Made by a program: the position numbers and the translations under genes. Positions 32,747 to 40,603 of a DNA stretch of 48,104 bases are shown here, piece by piece. Under the pieces are notes generated by a model, which worked only from the letters and a program-made list of their open reading frames with translations, did no database searches and was not told the DNA's origin. Position 1 is the first letter of the stretch. Every line of letters begins with the position of its first letter. This stretch comes from Myxococcota bacterium (lineage in GTDB: Bacteria; Myxococcota_A; UBA9042): NCBI GenBank assembly GCA_044347905.1, contig JBIKTV010000002.1, positions 1-48,104 on the forward strand, written 5' to 3'.

Positions 32747-35431
32747 CTATTTCAGCGCATACAGCGCCGCCGCCCGCACGCAGCCCTGGCGGCCATTGGC
32801 CAGGCGCACTTCGACGCGGCCGTCGGCCAGCTCGCGCAGCCGCCGGACCTCAAGCCCCTCTGGCAGGCCAATGGGCTCGCCCACGCCGGTACAAGCGGAG
32901 AGGGGTTCGTCTTCTTCAACCACCACGGCTTTGACCACGGTCGCATCGGTGTAGAACGCCACCCCCAGCCACGCGGCGCACAGCACATGGGCGCTCAGCG
33001 CTGAGACGGCCCAAACCCCAACCAGCGTCCGCCGCCGCGACCTTGAACGGTGCCACCACAGCCCCAAGGCCACAAACCCCGCCAGGGAGCCGGCCAAAAT
33101 CAGCAGGGGCCGCGGCGCGGATCGGGCCAAGGCCTCCGCCAGCGCCGGTGTCTCGTCAAAAACGTGCAGCGTGTCGTGGCGGCGCCGGGCTTGTTCGCCC
33201 AGGAGCGACTGGACTTCGCCGAGGTTGGCTTCGATGTCCAGGCGCAGGGCGCTGTCCGGCTCGCGGCTCAGAGCTTGGCGGTAGTGGCCCACCGCAGCGC
33301 CTTTGCGTCCCAGAAGAAATAGCGCATTGCCAAGGTTGTAATGCACGGCCGGCGCGGTGACCTTGTGCTCCAACAGCTCCTGGTAAAGCTTGGCCGCCTT
33401 GGGCATTTCGCCCGCTAGGTAGGCGCGGTTGGCTTCGGCAAAGGTCTGATCCAGGGTCGCCGCCTGGGCGGCCATCGGCAGCAGCGCCGCAGCGGCGGTT
33501 GCCAGAAGCGCCATTGCCAGCGACGTCAGCGCCGGCGCAGCGCGCAGCAACAGCGGATCCAGGCGCTCCACCAGCACGGCGATGCGCTGTGCCGTCGCCA
33601 TCAGCTCCGCCTCGCGATTGTCCGCCGGGGCATAGCGGGCGTACTCGCAGTGGCTCAGTTCGTCCACGACGGCCTGGCGCAGATCGGCCGCAACCCCCGC
33701 CCTGTCGATCAGCCCAATGGCTTCTCGCTCTGAGAGCGGCGCGGGCGGCATCCCCGCCGTTTGGGCCAGGTAATCCAAGAGGATCCGCCGCATCTCCACG
33801 TATGCCGCGCCGGTGTCGGCGTGCTTTTGGGCGGCCAGGAGGGCGGCTTTGGCCTCTGCCGCGGCGCGCTTGCGGCGGAGCAAGGGGGCTTGGCGCGCCT
33901 GCCGGCTCCGCACCATGGCCGCCAGCGCCCACAGGAGCGCCGCAAGCGACGGACTGGCCAGCAGGCCCCAGACCCAGCGCTGGTTGTGCCACGCCTCCAC
34001 CGGGGTCGCTGCGAGGTCAGCCTGGGCCGCCAGGGGCCGCACCGGTCCGCGCTTTGCTGCCGGCACCGCCGCCGCACCGCCCGCAGCCGGGCCGGGCTTG
34101 GCCGAGGATTCCTTAGCCGCCGCCTCAGTTTTTTCCTGCCCAGGCGCTGCTGTCGCCCCCGGCAGGGCCGGCCCTTGCACCTCGATCTCAAACGGCCCGA
34201 CCTGCGAGGTCAGGTAGTTTTCTGTCGCGGGGTCAAAGTGGCTCCAAGCCAGCGCCGGCAAGGTGTAGGTGCCCGGTTGGGAAAAACTGAGCACATACTG
34301 CCAGGTGCGCTTGCCCGTCTGGCCGGCCAGGCCAAAGCGCACGCCGTCCCCTGGCCGCCCGGGCAGGGCTTCTACCGCCATGTTTGCGAGCGGCGGCGGC
34401 GCAATATCCCGGAGCCCCAGCAAGTTTCCGTCGCCGCTCAGCTCGTATTGCAGCAGCAGGCGCTCCCCGGTCATGACCTTGTGGCGCGTCGCAGCCTGGC
34501 CCGCCACCAGCAGCTGGCCGCTGACGGCAAAGCTGCCGACGTTGCCCGCAGAAAAACCCTGAGGCCGGCCCTTTTCTGGCAGCGGTCGCACCTTGAGCGC
34601 CACCGCCGGCCCTGTGGCTTTGCCCGACTTGCTCTCAAAGAAATCGCCGATCTCCACCTTAAAACTGGGTGAATCGATGCGCATTTCGCCCACCCTGGCC
34701 GGCGTCAGCAGCACCCGCTGCGTCACTTGGCGCATGTAGGGCCGGCCGCCGATCTGCACCGCTTCAGCCTTGGACTCGCCTTTTTGCAGGTCCTGGACAT
34801 CCGCATCGCCGTAGTGAGGTGGCGTCAAGCCGCGGATGCCCTGGATCGACACCTGGCGCGACCAGTACAGCTCAAAGGTCACCACGACGGCTTGCCCGGC
34901 ATACGGCTCCACCACAGAGAGCGACGGCCGCACAAAAAACGGCTTGCCCAGGTATTGGCTCAGCTCACTAGCTGCGATGGGCGACAGCGCTGCACCGCCG
35001 GCCTCCGCATCGCCGACCACCTCTACCTCTACAGCCCCCGATCGAGCGACCACGTTGGAATTGCTTAGTAACTCCACCGGTCCCAGGGTGAACTTGCCCG
35101 GCTTGGCGGGGTTGCCGATAAACGTGTAGCTCTCAATGCGCTGCATGGCGCCGTTGATGATGCTGACCTGGGTCTGGGTGCCCGCCCGCGAGAAATCAAA
35201 GCCGGGACTCGACAATTCCGTCATCGCGTCAAAATCGCCGGTGGCGCTGATCACCACCCGCAGCTGCTCATCCACGTTGAGGCGGTTGGCGGACACCTGC
35301 AGCTGCACCTGCGCCTCCGCCCAAGCCGGACTGGTCGTCAGCAGGCTCAGCAGCGCCACCAGCCACAGCCACGCGCGAGGCTGCGGCGCAACCCTCCACA
35401 GATGCTGCGGTTGTCGATCCTGCGACGCCAT
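32747..35431 (-). CDS. batD: BatD-BatE fusion protein (BatD oxygen-tolerance domain, TM segments, TPR repeats, C-terminal SH3b-like domain)
   Basis: A signal peptide is present (WLWLVALLSLLTTSPAWA|EAQ). A BatD-like beta-rich region follows (VQLQVSANRLNVDEQLRVVISATGDFD...FVRPSLSVVEPYAGQAVVVTFELYW...FAVSGQLLVAG). TM helices come next, then a TPR region (ANRAYLAGEMPKAAKLYQELLEH...HYNLGNALFLLGRKGAAVGHYRQALSREPDS). Two more TM helices and an SH3-like C-terminus complete the protein (ATVVKAVVVEEDEPLSA...GLEVRRLRELADGRVEVRLANGRQGCVRAAALYALK). Confidence 0.8.
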   Translation of the reverse strand: MASQDRQPQHLWRVAPQPRAWLWLVALLSLLTTSPAWAEAQVQLQVSANRLNVDEQLRVVISATGDFDAMTELSSPGFDFSRAGTQTQVSIINGAMQRIESYTFIGNPAKPGKFTLGPVELLSNSNVVARSGAVEVEVVGDAEAGGAALSPIAASELSQYLGKPFFVRPSLSVVEPYAGQAVVVTFELYWSRQVSIQGIRGLTPPHYGDADVQDLQKGESKAEAVQIGGRPYMRQVTQRVLLTPARVGEMRIDSPSFKVEIGDFFESKSGKATGPAVALKVRPLPEKGRPQGFSAGNVGSFAVSGQLLVAGQAATRHKVMTGERLLLQYELSGDGNLLGLRDIAPPPLANMAVEALPGRPGDGVRFGLAGQTGKRTWQYVLSFSQPGTYTLPALAWSHFDPATENYLTSQVGPFEIEVQGPALPGATAAPGQEKTEAAAKESSAKPGPAAGGAAAVPAAKRGPVRPLAAQADLAATPVEAWHNQRWVWGLLASPSLAALLWALAAMVRSRQARQAPLLRRKRAAAEAKAALLAAQKHADTGAAYVEMRRILLDYLAQTAGMPPAPLSEREAIGLIDRAGVAADLRQAVVDELSHCEYARYAPADNREAELMATAQRIAVLVERLDPLLLRAAPALTSLAMALLATAAAALLPMAAQAATLDQTFAEANRAYLAGEMPKAAKLYQELLEHKVTAPAVHYNLGNALFLLGRKGAAVGHYRQALSREPDSALRLDIEANLGEVQSLLGEQARRRHDTLHVFDETPALAEALARSAPRPLLILAGSLAGFVALGLWWHRSRSRRRTLVGVWAVSALSAHVLCAAWLGVAFYTDATVVKAVVVEEDEPLSACTGVGEPIGLPEGLEVRRLRELADGRVEVRLANGRQGCVRAAALYALK

Positions 35432-35434
35432 GGC

Positions 35435-38400
35435 CTACCAGTCCTTGTCGGGGCGAGAATTCTTGAACGGCGAGCGGCGCATGGCCTCTTCCGCCTCCAG
35501 GTTGTGCGGGTTGTGGTCGTTGCGCTCCATCTGCCGGCGCTGGCGCTCCTGCTGGTCTTTTTGCTCTTGTTCCTTGGGATCCGCCGGATCTTTCTTCTCG
35601 TCCTGGGGATCCTTCTTGTTTTCGTCGTCCTTCTTGTCGTCCGGCTTCTGCTCGTCCTTCTTGTCTTCGTCCTGCTTGTCTTGCTTATCTTGCTGATTCT
35701 GCTGGTTCTTGTCGTTGCTGGGCGGAGGCTCATCGATGCGCAGCACGTAGAAGTTCTCTACCCCCGGGGCCGCCCGCACGCGCAGTTGCACCACCCGCTC
35801 CGCCTTGGACCCCGGCAGACTCAGGACCTGCAGCGCCGCACGGCCTTTGCGCGCCGCCGGGGAATCCTCTGTCTTGCTGCGGGCTTTGCCTTCTTCCGCC
35901 GTCGCTGTCTGGGCCTTGGCCAACTCTTTCACGCCAGATTCATCCAGGGCGTCGAGCTCCAGGCCACCGTGCTGGCGATCGTAGCGCGCGGAAATCTGCA
36001 GGCTCTGCCCGGCTTTCTGCGTCAGCTGCAGCCAGTCCTGGTCGCCCTTGCAGATGCGCAACAGCCTCTCGCCGCCCACTTCGACCGGCTTGGCCTCCTT
36101 GGCGCTGTCGTTGGGCTCCAGCTCGTCATTGCCTGCCGGGCAGGGCGGCAGAATCCGCAGGCGCAGCTGATACGGCAGGTCCAAGCGGGCCTGACCGCGG
36201 TCGATGCTGGGCTCTGGCGTACCTGGCGGCAGGGAAATGTGGGGAATCGGCTGGGGAATCGGCGGCTGACCCGCTTGGCCCTGTTGACCCGGCTGACCCG
36301 GCTGCCCTGGTTGACCCGGTTGACCAAATTGACCGGGTTGCGGCGCCATTCCGGGCATGGCGGCGGACGGCATCTGCGGCACCGGTGCGGGCGCGGGTCC
36401 CGGCGGCGGCTGGCCCTGACCTGCTGGCCCGGGCTGAGGCTGCGGTCCGTTGATCGGCAGACCTCCGGGCGCAGGCGAGGTAATCGCGGGCAAGTTGGGC
36501 ATGCCGCCGGGCGGAAAATCCGGAGCCGCGACGCCACCGCCGGTCACCCGCACCCGATAGCGCCCTGCCGGAGGAGCCAGCACGGCCACGGTGCGCACCA
36601 CACTGCCGCCGGCGCTGACCGCTCCGCCCACAGCCTGACCCCAGCTTTGACCTTTGTCGTCAAACACTTCTACGGTGAGCTGCCCGGCCAAGTCCGCGGC
36701 GTCCGGCAGTTCCTCGACCGACGCGCCCAGGTCCACAAACAGGCTCTCCCCGTCCTTGAGGTCCACGGCGTACCAGTCGTCATCCCCCGGGCAAAGCTGT
36801 AGTCCTTCTAAGGGCTTGCTCAGCATGTCGCTGGTCAAAGGGTTGGCCTGCAGCGCTTGGTCGTTGTCCTCAAACGGGTCATCGCGCTCGCTGCACGGCG
36901 GCAAAATCTCCAGCTGGAGGGTGTAATCCGCCTCGGTGTCGGCCGCCCCGGCCACGCGCACCAGCACATCGCCGCCTTCCTGTACCGCCAGCCGCGCCGC
37001 CAAGCCTTCTTTGCCCTGGGCGCCCTTGCTCAGGCGGGTGCCGTTGGCGTCCATGATCTCAAGGGAAATCTCGCTGCTCCCCAGATCGACCTTGGGCTGG
37101 AGCGCGGCCTTGAGCCCCTGGCCCGGCATCAGCGGCACGCGGAACCAATCGGCGTTGTTGGGGCACAAGCGCGCCTGCAGCGGCTGGCCAATCGGCAGCT
37201 GACGGGCCTGCGCCGGAGAGTCGTTGGGCTCCGCCGGGTCTTCAATGCGCTGGCACGCCGGCAACACCCGCACGTTCAGGTCGTAAGGTGTCTCCACCTC
37301 GGCGATATCGCGCACGTCAATCAGCACGGTTTGAGGCGCAGTGACACCAGCGAATTCAATCTGTTCGCTGAGCTTCACCTCCGCTCCGCTCTGGCCAATG
37401 GCCACCTTGCCGTCCGCGCTCAGCAGCGCCATGCCCAGCTGCGGCTTGCCCGGCGCGGCGGTGGAGTCCTCGCTCGGCGGCGTCGGGTCGGCCTTAGTGG
37501 TCAGCTTGGCGCGCAGGCGGTCGCCGGGCTGCAGGTCGAGCTTGAAAATATCGTGTTCTGCTGGGCACATGCGCAGGTCCACCGTGGTCTCGCGCTGGCC
37601 CTCCGGCATCGTCAGCGGCTTGGCCTGTTCGGCGGTGTCATTGGGCTCTTCTTTGCCGTCGCGCTTGCTGCAGGGCGGATAGGCGCCGAGCCGGGCGATC
37701 TCTAGATTGCGCCTTGTTTCCATGCGGTTGGGGTCAGCAAGCAGCGACTGTTCCAGGCTGGTGACCGCGAGCTTGTAGTGCGGCAGGGGATCCGCTTCAG
37801 CCGACGCCGGCGAGGCCGGACTGCCACCTGCAGGCAACTGTCCTGGCGGATTCTGACCTGGCGAATTCTGGGGCGATCCCTGGGGATTTTGCCCTGGGGC
37901 AGGGGGCGGCGCGGCGGGACCGTGGGGCTGAGCGCCCGCCTGGGCCCCGGGTTGGTCGGCCGCAGGCGGTGCCGATGCCTTGGTCCTTTCAAGCGCTTGA
38001 GCCCAATCGAGCTGCGCAGTCCCCAACGCGTAGTGGATATCGGCTTCGATTTGCGGGTCGCGCAATTGCAGGGCGCCCAGGGCCCGCGACAGCGCCGTCA
38101 CCGCCTCGCCGTGGTTGCCCATCCAGGCCATCGCCACGCCCATGTTGTACCAGATGAGCGCGTGCTCAGGTCGGCTGGCCTGGGCCTGCTTGAACGACTG
38201 CAGCGCCTCGCCGTACTGCTTTTGCTGCAACTGCTCGCGCCCCTTAGAGATATCCGGGTTTTCGCGCTCCAGCCAGGCCGCGTGCGCAGGGCTCACAAGC
38301 GCCCCACTCGCCGTCAAGAGCGCCAGCAGCAGGCCGACCGCCAAAGGCGCCTTGGCGCGCACCGGAGCCGCTGCGGGTTTCTTGCGCCGGCCAGCCAGCA

Positions 38401-39439
38401 GCATCTCTGCCAGCAGCAGCAGCAGCGCCGGGCCCAGCAGCCACTGGTAGCGGTCTTCACCCAACATCTTGAATTGCGCCTGGTATTCCGCTTTCTCTAG
38501 GCCATCGAGCGCCTCAAAAAGTTGCGACACCACGGACTGATTGCCGTAGCGGAATGCCTTGCCGCCGCTCGCCTGGGCCAGTTGCTCCAGCAGATCCATG
38601 TTGAGCTTAGAGAAAATCGGATTGCCCGCTTCGTCCTTCATGACCCCCGTGGCCGTGCCGTCCGGCCCCAGAATCGGCACGGGATCGCCAAATGCCGAGC
38701 CCACGCCGACCGTGTAGATTTTGATGCCCTTTTCAGCGGCCTTGCGCGCCGCATCTAGCGCGGCTCCCTCGTGGTCTTCGCCGTCGCTGAACAGCACGAT
38801 GGCGCGGTGCTTGGAGCCCTTGAACTGGGTCATCAGGTTGTCGCGCAGCTCCGCCTCGGCCTTTTCGCGTTCGCCGGTGAGCAGTTCTGTGGCCAGGGTC
38901 AGCGCGCGGCCGATGTTGGTGCCGCCCACGGGCAGGTCGTCCGGGCGCAGGTCCTGAAGGTAAGTCTTGACCACCTCGTGATCTGACGTCAGCGGGCATT
39001 GCACAAACGGAATCCCGGCAAACGGCACCAGCGCCACCCGGCCACCGGCCAGCCGACCCAGCAGCGCGCTGATCTCCAGCCCCGTCCCCTGCAGGCGGTT
39101 GGGCACAACATCGCGGACCAGCATGGATTTACTGGCATCTACCACCAGGGCAATGTCGATGCCGGCGTTGGACACTTCCGTTTCGCGCATGCCGTAGCGC
39201 GGCCGGGTCGCCGCCCCCACCAGCAGCAGCAGCGCCAGCGCCCACAGGCCAAGCCGCAGCGCCGCCTGGCCAGGCTCAAAACCCTGCAGCAGCCGCCGCA
39301 CCACCGCGCCCGTGCCCAGCTTGGCCAGACGCTTGCGCCAACCGCTGAGCTGCACCGCGGCCCACAGCACCAGCAGCGCTGCTGGAACGAGCGCCCAAGC
39401 AGCGGCGGGTTCGGCAAAAGTCAGGACGTCGGAGTTCAT
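35435..39439 (-). CDS. batB: Giant BatB-BatC fusion: TM + vWA domain + TM + TPR, extended by four PPC (pre-peptidase C-terminal)-like modules, a Pro/Gly/Gln insertion and a K/D/E/Q-rich tail
   Basis: The vWA MIDAS motif is present (IDIALVVDASKSM...GGTNIGRAL...IVLFSDGED). TM helices lie at about aa 15-30, 60-77, 335-350 and 365-385. A TPR region follows (YGEALQSFKQAQASRPEHALIWYNMGVAMAWMGNHGEAVTALSRAL). Four modules each start at a Cys and carry the PPC signature: EEPNDTAEQAKPL...CPAEHDIFKLDL, AEPNDSPAQARQL...CPNNADWFRVPL, FEDNDQALQANPL...CPGDDDWYAVDL and LEPNDSAKEAKPV...CKGDQDWLQL. They occupy aa 590-1237. The tail covers aa 1241-1334. Confidence 0.85.
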   Translation of the reverse strand: MNSDVLTFAEPAAAWALVPAALLVLWAAVQLSGWRKRLAKLGTGAVVRRLLQGFEPGQAALRLGLWALALLLLVGAATRPRYGMRETEVSNAGIDIALVVDASKSMLVRDVVPNRLQGTGLEISALLGRLAGGRVALVPFAGIPFVQCPLTSDHEVVKTYLQDLRPDDLPVGGTNIGRALTLATELLTGEREKAEAELRDNLMTQFKGSKHRAIVLFSDGEDHEGAALDAARKAAEKGIKIYTVGVGSAFGDPVPILGPDGTATGVMKDEAGNPIFSKLNMDLLEQLAQASGGKAFRYGNQSVVSQLFEALDGLEKAEYQAQFKMLGEDRYQWLLGPALLLLLAEMLLAGRRKKPAAAPVRAKAPLAVGLLLALLTASGALVSPAHAAWLERENPDISKGREQLQQKQYGEALQSFKQAQASRPEHALIWYNMGVAMAWMGNHGEAVTALSRALGALQLRDPQIEADIHYALGTAQLDWAQALERTKASAPPAADQPGAQAGAQPHGPAAPPPAPGQNPQGSPQNSPGQNPPGQLPAGGSPASPASAEADPLPHYKLAVTSLEQSLLADPNRMETRRNLEIARLGAYPPCSKRDGKEEPNDTAEQAKPLTMPEGQRETTVDLRMCPAEHDIFKLDLQPGDRLRAKLTTKADPTPPSEDSTAAPGKPQLGMALLSADGKVAIGQSGAEVKLSEQIEFAGVTAPQTVLIDVRDIAEVETPYDLNVRVLPACQRIEDPAEPNDSPAQARQLPIGQPLQARLCPNNADWFRVPLMPGQGLKAALQPKVDLGSSEISLEIMDANGTRLSKGAQGKEGLAARLAVQEGGDVLVRVAGAADTEADYTLQLEILPPCSERDDPFEDNDQALQANPLTSDMLSKPLEGLQLCPGDDDWYAVDLKDGESLFVDLGASVEELPDAADLAGQLTVEVFDDKGQSWGQAVGGAVSAGGSVVRTVAVLAPPAGRYRVRVTGGGVAAPDFPPGGMPNLPAITSPAPGGLPINGPQPQPGPAGQGQPPPGPAPAPVPQMPSAAMPGMAPQPGQFGQPGQPGQPGQPGQQGQAGQPPIPQPIPHISLPPGTPEPSIDRGQARLDLPYQLRLRILPPCPAGNDELEPNDSAKEAKPVEVGGERLLRICKGDQDWLQLTQKAGQSLQISARYDRQHGGLELDALDESGVKELAKAQTATAEEGKARSKTEDSPAARKGRAALQVLSLPGSKAERVVQLRVRAAPGVENFYVLRIDEPPPSNDKNQQNQQDKQDKQDEDKKDEQKPDDKKDDENKKDPQDEKKDPADPKEQEQKDQQERQRRQMERNDHNPHNLEAEEAMRRSPFKNSRPDKDW
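36266..36340 (-). repeat. 9-bp coding microsatellite-like repeat encoding (PGQ)n
   Basis: The plus strand reads ...ctgacccgcttggccctgttgacccggctgacccggctgccctggttgacccggttgaccaaattgaccgggttg... This translates on the minus strand as PQPGQFGQPGQPGQPGQPGQQGQAGQ (aa 1034-1058). Confidence 0.85.
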
Positions 39440-39481
39440 GGCACCTCGGGCAAAGGTCCGCTGGCGGTTTAGGTTTTCAGC

Positions 39482-40603
39482 CTACGCCGGAAAAGCGCGC
39501 AGCCAAGTGCGGCGCAACACCAATTCGACCATCAGCAAGGCCAGACCGGCGATCAGCCAGCCGTAGAACAGTTCGCTGCGGTGGGTGCGCACCTTGACCT
39601 GGAAGGTTGTCTTCTCTAGGTCTTGGAAGTCTTTGGCAAATTTCTCCGCGTCCCAGCTGTCATAGAAGCGGCCGCCGGTCAGATCGGCGATCTGCTTGAG
39701 CAGCTCTGGGTCAGTGGGGAACGGCCGGTCGGGGCGCTGGTACACGCGGCGGCCAAAGCGATCCGTCACCGGGCCACCGCGCAGGGGGTCAAAAGCCGGC
39801 AGCCGAGTCTCTTTGCCCGAGCCGACCTGGAACGTAAAGAAGCGCACCTTCTGCTTATCCGCCAGCGAAGCGACGTACTTGGGCACGGTGAGCGGCTCCA
39901 TGCTGCCGCCTTCTTGCTTGCCGTCGGTAATCAGGATCACCATTTTGGAGCGGCTCTTGGCCTTCTCCAGCCGCAAAAAGGCCCGGTTCAGGGCGTCGCC
40001 GATTGCCGTGCCGGAACCATTGATCGTGCAATCGTTTTGGCAGTCCTGGCTGTCCTCGCGGTTGCGCCGACCGTCGTCCAGCACCAGGCCGTCCAGGGCG
40101 TTGAGCACCCGCACATAGTCCAAGGTCGGCGGGAAGCGCAGGTAGGCCTCGCCGCCAAAGATCACCAGACCCACCCGATCGGACGTGCGCCTTTTGATGA
40201 AATCCTTGAGGATTTTGCGGGCCGCCTCAAAACGGTTGTCCGGTTCCTGGCCGGCAGCCTGGAGCGCGGCGATGTCTTCCTGGCTCATGTCGATGGCGTT
40301 CATGGAGCCGGACATGTCCAGGGCGATCATGATGTCCACGCCTTCGCCGGACAGCACCTCCGTGTCGACCATCTGCGGCCGCGCCAAGGCGACGATCAGC
40401 AGGGCCGCCGCGGCAATCCGCAGCCAATCCGGGAGTTTATACAGGCGAACCCGCAGGGTCGGGGCCACCTGCTTAAAGCCGCTCAGCGATCCCGCTTGCA
40501 CGGAGACCGGCGCCCGCCGCGACCGCACCCAAGCCACCAATGCCAAAGCGGCCAGGCCGAGCAGGAACCACGGATGTTCAAAAGTCATGCCGCTTTGATT
40601 CAT
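39482..40603 (-). CDS. batA: BatA-type membrane-anchored vWA domain protein
   Basis: Track ORF 39482..40681. I prefer the ATG at 40603, which forms an ATGA overlap with the upstream stop. An alternative ATG lies at 40588. The N-terminus M(NQSGM)TFEHPWFLLGLAALALVAWV is typical of BatA. The MIDAS motif is present (VDIMIALDMSGSM...GTAIGDAL...MVILITDGKQ). A C-terminal TM helix closes the protein (ELFYGWLIAGLALLMVELVL). Confidence 0.9.
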   Translation of the reverse strand: MNQSGMTFEHPWFLLGLAALALVAWVRSRRAPVSVQAGSLSGFKQVAPTLRVRLYKLPDWLRIAAAALLIVALARPQMVDTEVLSGEGVDIMIALDMSGSMNAIDMSQEDIAALQAAGQEPDNRFEAARKILKDFIKRRTSDRVGLVIFGGEAYLRFPPTLDYVRVLNALDGLVLDDGRRNREDSQDCQNDCTINGSGTAIGDALNRAFLRLEKAKSRSKMVILITDGKQEGGSMEPLTVPKYVASLADKQKVRFFTFQVGSGKETRLPAFDPLRGGPVTDRFGRRVYQRPDRPFPTDPELLKQIADLTGGRFYDSWDAEKFAKDFQDLEKTTFQVKVRTHRSELFYGWLIAGLALLMVELVLRRTWLRAFPA

